In this document: positions 24,233-40,770 of the stretch, one piece after another | Numbering within the stretch: the stretch's first letter is position 1 | How the letters are laid out: each line of letters starts with the position of its first letter | From: the human T2T-CHM13v2.0 reference genome, Homo sapiens | Assembly (NCBI RefSeq): GCF_009914755.1 | Contig: NC_060925.1 | Length of the DNA stretch: 64,000 nt | Direction: 5' to 3' (one strand) | The notes under the pieces: model-generated | What the model was told of the DNA's origin: nothing | Database searches by the model: none | What the model saw: the letters and a program-made list of their open reading frames with translations, nothing else | Position numbers and translations under genes: made by a program

Positions 24233-25149
24233 ATCACAGGAAGTACAGTTCCGTTCAGTGTTTATTGAGCATTTACTATATACACAGCAATACGTATTTA
24301 GGGAAGGATGCAGATATGGGAAAGATCAGTTCCTGGCTTGGAGGAGCCACTCACAGGATGCCCTCCTGTTGGAATGCTCAGGGACGGCCATGGGGCAGCA
24401 GGATAGGGCGGCCTCCCACAGCCACCTGCCATGAACACACTGACCAGCTTGGCTCCTGCCGAGACCACAGCACATCCCTGTGGACCCCACGGCCTGATTG
24501 TCTTCATTCCACTTGAGGACTCCCAGCCCCTGTGTCCCCATTGATGGCCCCTTCCCCAGGCGAAGCCCTCTGGCTCTGGGCAGTGCGATTCTGCCCCTCC
24601 CTCCCACTCCCCTGCTTGCTCCTCAGTCTCCAAGCTTCTCCTTCCAAAATTCTCTGTCATGTCCCCATGGCCGGCTCTCTCCTGACTACTCTCTTCTCCC
24701 TGCCCACGCTCCCTGAGGGCTTCTTCCCAGCCAGGGCTCGCTCTCCCACCTACTAGGGTGCAGGGATGGCTGCCCCTCTGTTTGTCTTCTTGGATCCAGG
24801 CCATCCATCTAACGGCCTACAGGGCAGCTTGACCCACGTTTCTCTTGGGCAAGCCAGTAGGTCCCAGACAGGACAAATGGCCGTTCTTTCTGTTTTCCCC
24901 AACCTACCTCTCTGATAACATTCCTGACCCCTGTGGATAATCCCACCCAAAAACCCAGGAGTCACCCCTTGCTCACTCCCTCCCCGACATCCCAATACTA
25001 GCCTAGCATGTTTCTTTCCTTTATTTCTCTCACATTCTCTACTTCTCGCCATCCTCTCTGCCACCACCTTAATTCAGCCCAAACTAATCAATTGTGCACG
25101 TCCTAACCAGTCTTCCCACCTCCTTCCACCTGGGCTGCCTGGTCTTCCA

Positions 25150-26500
25150 TCACCTGGTCAACATGGACTCGGCATCTGCTGGGTGCCAGGCACTGTTCTG
25201 GGCTCTGGGGAATCCTTATTCTCCTGTAGTTTCTATTCTAGCGGGGGAGAAAGACAACAAACAAGATGCAAAGGAAACTGTCAGATGTTGATACCTGCTG
25301 GGCAGGGAACTTCCCCTGGATGGTCTGGGAGAGGGTACCAGGGCGGCTGCTTTATAGGCCAGGAGAGGTCAGAGGAGGCCTGTATGAGAAGGTGATATTC
25401 AAGCTGGGGTATGAGTGACAGGCAGGGGCCAGCCACAGTAAGACCGTGGGGGGAATATTCCAGGACAGGGAATCAGGAGCAAAGCCCCCAGGGAGAGGGC
25501 AAGCCTGGCGCGTTGGGGGAGCTGCGGTCAGAATAGAGGAAGGGGAGGTGGAGGGGGTTGCGGGGATGGGAGAGGGCCAGGGGGTTCAGCAGAGGCCACA
25601 TGGGATGCATCACCAAGAGTAGGGGGCTGGGCTTTTATTCTGAGGTCAGTGGGGAGCCACGGGAGGGGCGTTGCCACACACAGGTGTATGTTTGCAAGAA
25701 CACCGCAGCTGCCACGTGGAGAATGAATTGTGTCTCCACCGGCACAGAGACTACTCCAGGGCTCTTGCGTCCGTTCGGGCAAGAGGCGATTGTGGCTCTG
25801 ACAAGGCCGGAACAATGACTCCTGAGGGACAGGGTGGGTTTGGGGTTGTTTGGAGGTGAAGTGAAGGGCTCTGCTGATGATTTGAATATGAAGAACGAGA
25901 GAGGACAATGAGTAATAATGCCTAGATTTGGGGCTTCAACCACCGGAGGGACAGCAAACCATTTCCTGAGATGGAGAAGTCTGAAGAAGCAGCAAACCCA
26001 AGGGGATAGGGGAATCTAGTGTTCAGTTTTGGTCACGTTACAGCTGACAACCTCATTAGAGATGCGGGGTTCACATTGCGGTCTGAAAGTCTGGAGGCCA
26101 ATGAGAGATCCAGAATGGAGATGACGTTTAGGAGTCCTCCGCGTGCAGATGGCGTTTAGCGCCCTAGGTCTGAGCACGAAGACTCCGTGAAACAGCACAG
26201 ATGAAGCAGAGGAGAGGCTGCAGGATCAAGCACAGGCTACCCTGGTATGAGGACACCAAGCAGAGGAGGAGCTGGCCAAGGAGGGAGGGGGACAGCCAGT
26301 GCAACGGAGGGAAACCAGCAGGATGTGACCCATGGAGGCTAAGAAACAAAGGTGTTTCAAAAAAAAGGACGTGGTCAGGCAGGTCAGATGCCAAGCAGGG
26401 AGCTGGGTAAGAGCCCTCCAAGCAGGGGGAGGTGGGTAGGAAGGTCCTGAGGCAAGAGGGAGCTCCACGGATTTGCAGAATTCAGAGAAGTGGCTGGAAA
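25150..26500 (-). mobile_element. Degenerate L2 LINE
   Basis: gtgccaggcactgttctgggctctgggg 3'-proximal signature and extended L2-like purine-rich body. Confidence 0.55.
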
Positions 26501-26877
26501 ATCCAGGTGACACGGCACCATACCTGTCTCTGAGCTCAGAGTCACAGCCTTCCGCAGTGTGGGGTCAGATGAGAAAGGGCAGGAGCCTCCTGGACTCTTG
26601 CCTGGCCCAGGAGATCGCGTGCCTCCCACTGCCCCATCCACTGCTCGTTCAGCAGAAGGCAAGGCCCCGTCCCCTGCTTTTCCCATCTTGCACCTCTGGT
26701 GTTGGTCTTGCCAACCTTTTGATAGGTCCGTGGGCCCCAGGAGGGCAGCTTCTGTGTCCCTGGGCTCGTGGAGATGTCCCACATCTGTTCTGAGTCCCAG
26801 AGACAGATTCCTTCTTCATGGCTCCCCGCTGGGGAGCAGGGGCTCCAGGTGAGCCCCAAAGCAGGAACAAACTGTGA

Positions 26878-27414
<537 letters not shown>

Positions 27415-27772
27415 TGAAGAAAGGCCTCTTGGCAAAGCTGGGACCACAGAGAGACCGGTCAGGGAATCTGGCTGGTCCAGGCCAGCGATGGGCTGACATC
27501 CTTAGCCTTTCCTGGGATTGGGCTCCCAGAATCCATCTCCCTGGAAACCAAGGGAGGTGCCAGTCTGTGTGTGCAGCTGCCGGGAGAAGTGGTCCTGAGA
27601 CCCAGAACACCCACCATGGAGAAGAGAAGACACAAGTGCTGGTTGGGGGCTAGTGCAGCCTCTGAGGGGATGTGAGTTCCTAGTGGTCCTGAGCAAGGTG
27701 AGAGGACACCCTTCCCATCCAGTCCAATGCTCAGCCTCTAACTGGGGCCAAGGACAAAGCCCTGTCCTTTCA

Positions 27773-28642
<870 letters not shown>

Positions 28643-28926
28643 TCAGTGGCAGAGGGAAAACAGTTGATACACCAAAAACAAACGGAGGTTGTTCAGGAGT
28701 TGGAACTTGTCCCATAGTCCAATCTCCTCATTCTTCTGGAAGGAACCCAGGCCCCAGGAAGAGCAGCTGCTGGCCCCAAGCCATCGCTGAATCGGGGTGG
28801 AAGTCACCTCCTGACTCCTTCTGCATGCTCTCCTCCCTCTGTCTGCCTCCCCTTCTCCATCCCGCAACCAAATTCACCCATGCCCCAGAAGCTAGGACAC
28901 AAAGGCAGATAAGAAATGAGCCGGCT

Positions 28927-29227
<301 letters not shown>

Positions 29228-30993
29228 GAGCCGGCTGGGAGCCCTGGGCGGCTTCTGTGTGGTGGGTTGTGGTTTCTTTGGCGAGGTCAAGTTTTGCCTC
29301 TGGTGTCCCCGCGGAGTGAGCTGACACTCTCCCGGCATTCACACTGGCAGGAGAGAGGGAGCAGTGACCTGGCTCTAGCCCTCTGCTCCCTGGCCCTCAT
29401 GCAGAAGGACCAGTTCTGGCATCAGCAGATCGGGAGGTACCCAGTGGAGGCCTCAGAGTGTCTCCTGTCATACCAAATCCTGAGATGTGCTGGCATGTGG
29501 GCAAGGAACTCTACCCCAGCCCCACACCCCATTTGGTGGTCTTGAGAAGAGCTGGTGACATCCTGCATCACTTCAGTGGCACCAAGCTGCATCGATTGGT
29601 CTTGAGACACATGGCAGACTTCTGAGCCACCAGGATTGTTTCTTTCAGCAAAACACCTTCTGGCACAGAGTTGCCACCAGGAGGGACAGCAGCTGACATC
29701 TGCACATGCACCACCTGCCAGGACCTGGCCATGAAGTACTGATGTGTACCCATGTGTAGTGACTCACTGAGACTTTCCGGCAACCCGTGAGGCCCCTGTT
29801 CCACAGATGGGGATGCTCAGACAACAGTGAGTGGGTGGCGCAGAGAGTCACACACAGCAGTGCGACCCCATCATCCGCTCTTGACCTCTATGCCATGTGA
29901 GGCTTCTGGAGCCTCTTCCTGTTGCACCTGCACTACTTTGGAGCTGCCTCCCAGGGCTAGAGCCTGTCCTTGCTTCCCGGTTATTCACGACAACCGTCAG
30001 TGGAGTACCCGTTAGGTGCCAGGCACTGCGTCACGTGATGAGGATCAGAAGAAATGGATCAGATGAGGACCTGCAGTCAACGAGCTTCCCGTCCAGGGGA
30101 GGAAACATCCGAACTGACCACCTGTCTTCGCACAAACAAGCATTTGGGGACCTTATGATGGAGGATGGTGACTTCTCGAGGAGGTCTGGGAGGGATTTCT
30201 TGAAGAAATGACCCCCAAACCAAGAGCTGAACGATGAGCACAAGTTAACTCCCTGAAGAGAGAAGGCAAACATTCCAGGCCGCAGGAATGGCACGCGCAG
30301 AAACTCTGTGGTGGGAGGGAGCCATGAAGCCAGTGAGGCAGAGGGGCAGGCAGTGAATCAGGCCACAGGGGCTGGAGGGACCCTCAGAGCCAGGGCTGTG
30401 TGTGCCAGGCTTTATCCCCAAGGAGAGGAAAGCCACTGAGGGCTCGAGAGGCAGGGACGTGACCAAGTTGGCTTCTGAAGAAGCGCACATGGCAGCCACA
30501 TGGAGAACAGATTGAAGGAGGCTCAGAGAGGGTGAGGGGAGACCAGGAAATCATCCTGGCTAGAGATGATGGTAACTTGGCAGTTCTGGGGGCACAGGGA
30601 CAGTGTGAGAGCCACCGAGGAGATGGCATCAGGAGGTCTTGTGGGTGGATTCACTATGGAGGCTCCATGTCATTCACCTTGGAGGAGGACCAGTCAGGAG
30701 TTGAGCTGAGTTTAAGGGGCTTTTGGGACATCTGTGTGAAAAGTCAATGGCAGGTGGGTGTAGCCCCAGAGCTGAGAGAGCAAATAGACAAGAGAGCGAG
30801 AGAGAGAGAGAAAGAGAAGTCTGAAATGTCTGCGTGGAGGTGGCACTGAATAAAGCACATCTGTGGGTGTGGAGGAAATTGATAAGCATGACAATATTGC
30901 TGAGTCCCAAGGCCAAGAACTTCTGTCTTAATTATCATTGTGCCCCAGTGTAGGGGTCCAGGGACACAGCAGGGTCTCGATGAAGGTTTCTTC

Positions 30994-31058
30994 AAGGGAG
31001 GGAAGGAAGGGAGGGAGGAAGGGAAGGAAGGAGGGAGGGAGGGAGGGAAGGAGGGAGG
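30994..31058 (+). repeat. Purine-rich (GGAA/GGGA)n tract
   Basis: About 65 nt containing only G and A. Confidence 0.9.
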
Positions 31059-32121
31059 TACAGATGGCCTAGTGGTATCTTCAGGGCCATTGTCCTCAGG
31101 GCTGACTGCAGCTTTAGGATCCAGCCACCCGGATATCCTCTCTGACATCAGAACCAGGCTGGGTAGGGTGTCCAGGACTAACCAGGCAGCGTCACCTCCC
31201 TTTGGGTCTCCCTGTCACTGAACAAGCTCCAGGCAAATGACCCAAGACCAAAGTGCAGAAGCTTGACCCTCTGCTACCTCTTTATTGAACCTGCCCTGAG
31301 GCTGCCTTCAGAGCTTTTAAAGGGCCACCTGGTGAGAAATCCTCCCTTCAGCTCACTGAAGCTGGAAGAGAAAGGAAAAAGCACTTTTCTTCCTGGAGCT
31401 GCTCAGCCCTCTCTCTAGGCCTCAGAGAGGGAGGGGGTTTCTCAGGCCGGTCCTTGGCAAGTCACTACATGGTAGGTTGTGGTGCATGGACCCTGGAGGA
31501 GAGCCTCATCTGACCCTCTGTAATGCCCCTGACCCAGTCCCACATTAGCCTGGTGAAGGAAAGAAAGAACGAAAGAAAGAATGAATGAATGAATGAGTGA
31601 GTAGGTGAGTCGGGGCCATGAAAACCTCCCTATGCACAGGAATCCTGCTGCTTCAAAACACACTGGTGTGACAGTGACAGTAATGATCACCAGCCAGGCC
31701 CCAGGCCTGGTGCTTCACATCATGGCCCTGTTGAAGCCTCCCAGCACCCAGCCTCAGGTTGTCATTCACAGGCACCTCACCCCCAAACTGGGTCATAAAC
31801 TATATGGAAGAAACAGCATTGATAGGTGGCAGCCCGTCCACCCACCTGTCATTCAGCAGTACCTGCTAGAACCAAGGCTTTACCCATCAACCAGGCATCC
31901 CCCCGCCCCCCAGGAACTCACAGCCCAGGGCAGGGGGCACACGGAACAACACAATTAATGTGAGGAGTGCTTGAGTGTCCGGGAGGTGTGAGAAGCCAGG
32001 GGAACCCCTCTGTGCCTCCATCTGGAGGGAACACACTTGACAGTGGCTAATTCTCTATCAAAACTGTAATGTGTGCTCATAGGAGTGCCCTTCATATATA
32101 GAAAGAATGTGCAAGTGTTAA

Positions 32122-32479
32122 CGTATCAGTCTGTTTTCACACCGCTGATAAAGACATAGCCAAGACTGAGCAATTTACAAAAGAAAGGGGTTTAATTGGA
32201 CTTACAGTTCCACGTGGCTGGGGAAGTTTCACAATCATGGTGGAAGGCAAGGAGGAGCAAGTCACATCTTACATGGATGGTAGCAGGCAAAGGGAGAAAG
32301 AGCTCTTACAGGGCAACTCCTGTTTTTAAAACCATCAGATCTCGTGAGATGTATTCACTATCGTGAGAACAACACAGGAAAGACTTGCCTCCATGATTCA
32401 ATTATCTTCGACTGGGTCCCTCCCACAACACATGGAAATTCAAGATGAGATTTGGGTGGGGACACAGCCAACCATATCA
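32122..32479 (-). mobile_element. THE1 (THE1A/B-like) solo LTR
   Basis: Reverse complement begins TGATATGGTTGGCTGTGTCCCCACCCAAATCTCATCTTG; 5-bp flanks gttaa/gttag. Confidence 0.88.
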
Positions 32480-32489
32480 GTTAGCCACC

Positions 32490-33165
32490 TGTCAAGTTAA
32501 AGGGAGCACCATCCACATAAGACCACCTTTATTGCTGCACCAACTGCAAGGGGTACCCTAGACCACCCTCAGGTTTGATCATTCACTGGAAGGACGCAGA
32601 ACTCATCAAAAGCTCTCATACTCACAGTTGCACATTATTACATCAAAAGGATACAGATTAAAATCAGCCAAGGGAGGAAGGGCATAGGGCATAGTCCAGG
32701 AAGGTACCAGACATGGAGCTTCCACTGTCCTCTTCCCCATGGAATCATGAAAAGCATGACTTTCCTGGCATTGATGTGTGACAGTACCCATGGAGTACTG
32801 CCAACCAGGGCAGCTCACCATAGCCCCAGTGTTCAGAGTTTTTATTGTGGCTCCATCACACAGGTGACTGCCCTCCCTCTCCAGCTCCTCCAGAGTCAGC
32901 TGATACCACGTGACCCAAAGACCCCACCCTAAGTCACATTGTTGGTCTTTCTGGCACAGCCAACCCCTACCCTAAACCTATCCAGTGTGGCCAGCATCTA
33001 CCCTAAATCATATGGTTAGACCATTCTGTGACACAAGGATCCCAGGCAAACAAACTCCAATCAGGCATGATATTCCAAGGGCTTAGAGTTCACCTCCCAG
33101 AAGGTGAGGACAAAAGCCAGACCTCTCTTTGGGCAACGTTAAATTCTTTCCTACACAAAATGCCA
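32490..33165. mobile_element. MER21-like LTR remnant
   Basis: cagaactca…aaaggatacagattaaaatcagccaaggg motifs resemble the MER21 family. Confidence 0.55.
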
Positions 33166-35227
33166 TCTTCCCACTCCTCTGCACCCACTTGCTTGCACCT
33201 GCTTCCCCTACTCCTCACCCCAGAGACCAGATTCTTTTCAGTATCTTTATCGAGGGAGGAAAGGGTTGTTGTGTGTCTGAGGTGTTTGTTGTTGTTAAAG
33301 CATGGCTCCTACACAGATCTTATGTAGTATTCAGCAGTTCTCTGGGGACAAAGAGCACATTTTACTATGAGAAATAGTTTGGGTGAATACTTTGTCGTCT
33401 GCAGAAAATATTGTGCAGAGCTCCAGTTTTCCTAGATGGAGATGTGAAATTAACTAAATTACAGATCAGTCCACCTAAAATATGAAATTAAATGACAAAT
33501 TCCAGGAGCCTTTGACTGCTAAGGTCATTATTCTAACATATGATTCCAATCACCTTTTTAAATTGCTCACCTGTGCCATGGTCCACGATGCCCTGGAAAC
33601 AACACTGCCTCCTGTCTCTGTCCTGCAGACGGCACCCCTGGCTCAAGCAATGCTCTCCTCTCGGTCAAGTGTCCTCCCAATGGCTCCATTTGCTGTGCGG
33701 GGTTGTAAACGGCTCCATTTTAAGCCACCAGCTCCCTCCCTCCGGCCCTCTCTGCTGTCTCCCTCTCCTGTGCTGGGGGCTGGGAGGCTGAAGGAAGCCC
33801 TAGCACCACTGTCCCCTCCTCGATGGCTACTCTTCTCCAACAAGACCTCTCTTCCTCTCCTCAACACTGATGGGAATGGATCGGACCTTGCAATTAGTGC
33901 CCAGCTGGGTGCAGACAGGGATCTCTGAGCCAGGGCGGGGACCTGGGGAGAGAGCATTCCTGCTCAATAATTCACCCTTAAGGGAAAGGAAAGCTACGAA
34001 TGCAGCATTCAGCCATTTTCCAAGACATTAACAATTCAGTGTAATTCCTGAGGCATAAAAAATGCATCATTGCTCTAATTTTATAAGCTCCATGATGTTT
34101 ATTATGACATCAGAAGGTCTGGTCTGGGTCACCCAGGAGAGCTAAAGCCAGGAGAAACCGGTAGATAGCTCTGTACAGGGCCTGCACAGAGGTGCTTTGG
34201 AGCCAGCCCAGAAATGCTGCAGACACAGCCCCCACGAGGTGGGGCCTGATGCCCTGGAAGCCCCCAGCACTCTGGAACTTGGAAATGACTGACGCATTCA
34301 TCATGAGTCTTTACACCCCTCCCCTGGAAAGCAGCAGGCAAGAGCGAGCTCTGAGCAGAGAGAAGAGGGCGCGGCAGGGAGCCTGAAGCTCCAAGGCCCC
34401 CAATTGCACTCAAAGACATCATTCCTCCCCGGCGTTCTCATTTTTTCATTCCCAGTAACAGAGTGAGTGGGTGCTCATTTTTATATTTGGTGAAACGCCC
34501 TGGCATTATTCCAAGTCACTTGAAAGTGAGATTAGACCAGGAGGATCACTGGGTGGGGCTGCGTTTCTTGTTCCCACTCTGGAGACAGAGCACGATCCAT
34601 GGTATTTCACTTTGGACATAGGTGCTTCTTAGGCCCTGGGGGGCAGCAGAGCCAAGCAGGGGACAGCCTCCACTTCATTGGTTCCAGAGCCAGTGAGGTG
34701 CTGGCCTGCATGGGACTGTGGCTGCACCATGAGGGGCCACAGTGACAAAGTGACCCAGGGTGCCAAAGAGAGATCAGCAGGGGGTGGGGGCATGCAAGTG
34801 TGTGTCATGTGTGCGCTTTTCCCTGGCCACTTTTTTCTTTTTCTAAGTAATGTCATTTAGCACCAAAGGTATCTGCAAATGCTCCCTGAACTAAATATGT
34901 CAGCTCTGCCTCCCCTGGTGCAGGAGACGGCTGTCATTTAAAATGCACTTGCACAGAATTGGGCCTTCCTTTGTGATTGCTCTGTCTCCTGTTGGTAACA
35001 GCACAGCTCCTCTCTTCATGACCTTGGTACTTATTATTCTTAGGGAGTAGCTAGTTGCTTCCCTAAAAGGACAACTTTCCAGCTCTCATTTTCACGGGTA
35101 CCTGACAGTGGCTCAGTGGCTGTGAGGATGGTGATGTCAAAATGGCTTTCTCATAAATGTCACAGTCTTTTGACTCCACTGTTGCCTATGAGAGAGCACA
35201 CTTGTTTCTCTTTAATTAGATCTCTAA

Positions 35228-35544
<317 letters not shown>

Positions 35545-37225
35545 AGTTTTTTTTTTTTTTTTAAATAAATGTTATCTGCTTTATAAGAAAGCCACACCAT
35601 GACAGCTTGATTTAGTGCATTTTTTGAGAGTACTTTTCTGATTAAAATGCCCATTTACCACTGTGACTCTACTGGGCTGTAGGGTACACGGCATCCTCTT
35701 TGAAGGCTCAGTGGGGTCTTTCTGCCTCATGGAAAAGTTGACTGTAGCCCCACAGGACCTCTGATGCTGTCTCAGACCTGAAGACTGGGGTCTCCTGAGC
35801 ACCTCTTCAGGAGCTTGAGAAGGGTTGGACCCTGCACAGGGAGCCGTAGAGAAGGCCGTGGCAGCCCATACACTCTGCACGGGAGGATCTGTGAGCCCTT
35901 AGCCAGGTGAAGAAGTGCATGGACATGTGGGAATTCTTGCTTAGAAGAAACAGCCTGTATTGCTTTGCTGGTGCAGGCTGGGCTGGGTGGGACCTGTGAG
36001 TTAAACCAGTGCATGCTAAGAGGTCTGGGCCTAGGTCGTCTCACTCCAGCTACTCCTGAATGGCTACAGAATAAGATTCCGTTGGAGCACCTCTCTTGTA
36101 CCTGTGTGGGATTACTCAATCTGCCTAGGGCATCCTGGCCAACTCCCTCACACAGCTGCTGTGCAGGCAGGAAAGGCAAGCTCATTCGAACAGCATAGGG
36201 AGGAAAGTGGCAGGAAGGCATCTGCCACCCTGAAAGATCTGGAGCACATCCTGAGGACAGGAGGACCCGAAGTGATGGTGATTTCCGGGTTCTATCCCCT
36301 GAGCCCTCACTGGGCACCCACCAGGCCCTGGGCTATCTTTAAGTTTATTATCCAACTTCATCCCGGCCGTATTCCAGATCTTTCCATCCCCATTCTATTG
36401 ACGAGGAGCCTGAATCTTAGAGGAGTCAAGTGACTTGTCCTGTGTCACACCGCTGGGGATTCGAACTCAGGGCCATCTGACATTGCAGCCCAGTGGGCAC
36501 TTTTTCACCATGCCTTCCCACCACCTGAATTGATTTGGGACAATCCGCTTTTTAGTATCCTGCTCCCCTTCACAGCAGAGATGTCTCTGCATTTCGCCCA
36601 CTTTAATGGGGAGAATAGCTGTGTATTTTAACATCCAACATGTGTGTAATAGTGGGGGCCTGGTAGAAGTTGCTGGCGGAATGGATGGGCCTGTGTCAGC
36701 CAGCAGGGAGAATGAGTTGAAGGTGGTTTCACTCCGCTTCCTTGGATTCTTTTCTGCATTATGTCCATTAGGAGAAACCTGCCAGTTTTTGGGCTGATGG
36801 CTAATGCATCTCTTCCTCCCTCCATATTACAGCTGGCACCTTCCCAGGATGACGCCAATCATGGCATATCCTGGTAGCAAACACTGTTTCTCCCCACTAT
36901 CCTCCACATCACTGTCAGGACCATTATCTCTGGCCGTATAACAAGCCAACCCAAAGCTGAATGGCTCAAAATGATGAGAATGGGTACGTTCTCTTGATGC
37001 CGTGGGTTGGCCAAGCTCACACATGCAACTGCACTCATGGGACTGATGATTTTAAGCCCAGAGTCCCTGCAGCTGAAGCATAGGGGCACCTGCTCTGTCA
37101 GGTCATGCTGGCCACGCACTGTGACCCCCCCCCCCCACCAACATGGCCTTAGACCTGTCCCTTCAGCAGCAACAACGGATTTGGATTAAACAGGATTTTT
37201 AAAGAATTATGTTGAGACTCTAGTC

Positions 37226-37450
37226 CAGGGTGTCCAATCTTTTGTCTTCCCTGGGCCACAGCAGAAGAAGAAGAATTGTCTTGGGTCACACATAAAGTAC
37301 ACTAACACTAATGATAGCTGATTAGGTTAAAAAAATCACACACAAAAAAATTTCATAATGTTTTAAGAAGGTTTACGAATTTGTGTTGGGCCACATTCAA
37401 AGCTGTCCTGGCTGGCATGCAGCCCACTGACTGCGGGCTGGACAACCTTG
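37226..37450 (+). mobile_element. MER30-like hAT-Charlie DNA transposon
   Basis: cagggtgtccaatcttttg…ccctgggccaca…agaagaagaattgtcttggg start and ggacaaccttg end. Confidence 0.8.
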
Positions 37451-38159
37451 CAGTGTAGTCTAAACTGATTTTACAGAGGAGGAAACTGAGGCACAGGAAG
37501 GGAAAGGAGCTTGCCATACAGGTAGTTCTGGGGGGCAAGGGGGGGTGCGGAACTGGAACCAGAGCCCAGGCTGCTGACCCCAGGCCAGGACCCCGTTCCC
37601 CACCTCAGTGCCTCCTTCTTCCTGGATGGCTCAGGGGCCCTGACAGGTGCAGCTCAGCTGGAGATGTTTGAGGCTCTCTGCAAAGCTCCCCCTTTCCCCT
37701 GAGTCAGCCAACCATTGTGATCTGCAAGGAAAATCCCAAGTTCTGAATGCTGTTCTCGCCAGGATCCCCAGCTGTCAGGGACATCGTCATGGCCAGCAGG
37801 GACTTTACAGACTCACCCCTGGCTTTTTCACGACCTTCAGAAGCACTGTGAGAAACTGCCTGTCTTCTGACATCTTCTGCCCTGGGCATCACCATCGTGT
37901 GACTCAGGGCCTCCCCTGTGCCAGTCTCATCTCCTCACTGAGTAGTCATGGGACAGGGCCTGTCTATTCAGATTCCCCTCCTGCCACTGCACCCCACATT
38001 GGCCCAGACCGACTCACTGGGAGGATCGGCCATCAGACTCTCCTGACCTGGGCCTAGCTTTTTCCGTCGGTCAGTCTTCTTTTCTCAAGTTAAATCCATT
38101 GATTTCTATTCTATACTTCTTCATTCTCTTTCTATTCTCCTTTGTCTATGTGTGTGTGT

Positions 38160-39360
38160 TACAGCATTATTGAGACATAATTAACATACCATACAATTTA
38201 CCTATTTGAAGTACAAAGTTTCTGAGTGTTTTCACAGGGTTGTGCAGTCATCACCACAAACTAATTTTAGAACATTTTCATCCCCCAAGAAACATCCTGC
38301 TGCCCATGAACCAGGGTCACTCCCCATTCCTCCTCAGCTCCCCCCCACCACCCTCCCTAGGCAATTATTGATCTATTTCCTGTCACCATAAACTTTCCTA
38401 ATCTGGACATTTTCTATAAATGATGTAATACAATGTATGGACTTGTGGCTGGCTTCTTGCACTTAGCATGATGTTTTTAAGGTTCACCCATGTTGCAGCA
38501 TGTATCAGTACTTCATTATTTTTATTGCTAAGTAAATGTCCATATGTATGGACATCTCTTTTCATTCTCTTGGATATATACCTAGGAATGGAATGGCTGG
38601 GTCACATCATAACTTTATAATTAACCTTTTGAAGAACTGCCAGACTGTTTTCCTAAGTAGCTGTGCCATTTTACATTTCCACCACCAGTGGACAAAAGTT
38701 CAAATTTCTCCACATCCTTGCCAACGCTTGTTATTGTCTTTCTTTGTGATTATAGTCACTTAGTGGGTGTGAAGTGGTATCTCATTGTGGTTTTGATTTG
38801 CATTTCCTCAGTGACTTTGATTTCCTCAAATCAAATGTTGAGCATTATTGATTATTGCCCTTATTATTGATCTTCTTTGGAGAAATGTCTATTCAGATAC
38901 TTTGCCCATTTTAAAAACTGGGTTCTTTGCTTTTTATTTTTGAGCTGTAAGAGTTCTCTTTATATTTGAGATACAAGTCCCTTATGAAATATGAGATTTG
39001 CAAATATTTTCTCCCTTTTAGTGAAATGTCTTTTTACTTCTTGATGTTGCCCTTTGAAGCAAAGAGGTTTTCAATTTTGATAATGTTCAATTTATTTATT
39101 TTTTCCTTTGGTTGCTTGTGCTTTTGATATATTTAAGAAACTATCGCCAAATCCAAGGTCATGAAGGTTTACTGCCGTATTTTTTTTCCAAGAGTTTTGT
39201 AGCTTTACCTCTTATACGTAGGTCTTTGATCCACTTTGAGTTACATTTTATATATGGTGTGAGGCAGGGGTTCAACTTCATTCTTTTTCATGTGGATAGC
39301 CCATTGTCCTAGCCCCATTTGTTGAAGACGATTCTTTCCCCATTGAATTGCCTTGTCAGC
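38160..39360 (-). mobile_element. Old L1 (L1M) 3' fragment
   Basis: T-rich antisense L1 ORF2-end/3'UTR motifs such as gtggtatctcattgtggttttgatttgcatttc and ggagaaatgtctattcag. Confidence 0.85.
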
Positions 39361-40366
39361 TTTACCTGTGGCTTTTTAAAATATTTTCTATTTCTTCAAG
39401 CCTTAAAGATATACTGAATATGCATCTTGCTCTTATTTTTAAATTGTCACTTAGTTTGAGCAGAATCTTATGATTTTTTCTTTTACTGGAAGTTGATATA
39501 TACAGAAACATCTGATTTCTTATCAGACAGGAGAGGTTAGATTATACTGCAGTAACAACCAATTCAATCTCAGGACTGGATTTCTCATTCATGCTACAAG
39601 TCCAACTACAATTGCTAGGGAGGGCCCTACTCATCATGGTCACACAGGGGCCCCGGCTGGCAGAGGCTACCTTTTCCTATAAACAAGCTTGCACAATTGC
39701 CAGGGCCGGGGGAAAGAATGTGGTGGGCAGGTCACTGGCTCTTAAAGCTTCTATCTGTAATAATACACATCAGATTTATTCATGTTTCATTGGCTCAAGA
39801 AAGTCACATGGTCACATCTAACTTCAAAGGGTACAGGCCAGTGCAAAGCACCCCCAGGGATAGCAACCAGAGATATTTGGTGTATAATATTAATGACTAC
39901 CATTTCCCTGGAGTGTATTGAAATGTAACAGGTGTAATGAAATCAGTTGATGTGGACTTTCTGTTGTGCATCTCGAACTTTAATCACTGTAGTAAAATTC
40001 CTTTGTAGAGATCAAGGCTGCATCGAGCCAAGATCATGGCATTACTCTCCAGCCTGGGCAACAGAGTGAGATCCTGTCTCAAAAAACAAAAAAATCCTTT
40101 GTAGAAATTTCCAGACTGTTCTGTTAAACAAATGATATCTACTTAATGGTAAGAGTTTTTAGATGCTTGGAATAGGGCAGAATGAACACAGGCTCTGAAG
40201 TGAAACCCAGATCCACTGCTTTCCAGCTGTGTGGCTTTGAGCAAGTTATCTGACTTTTTGAAGCTTTCGTCTTACCCTCTATGGAATATCCTGCTTGCAG
40301 GAGACTTAGCAGCAGCGTGAGTGCCTGGCACAACAGCAGGCAGATAACAGGCATCCAACAGACTGA

Positions 40367-40770
<404 letters not shown>

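Noticed and set aside
23901-24516. ORFs with repeated 15-aa units
   Set aside because: Artefact of the 45-bp minisatellite period being a multiple of three
32213-32225. PRDM9 hotspot position in the THE1 LTR
   Set aside because: The - strand reads CTTCCCCAGCCAC, which does not match CCNCCNTNNCCNC; the THE1 at 51755 does not match either
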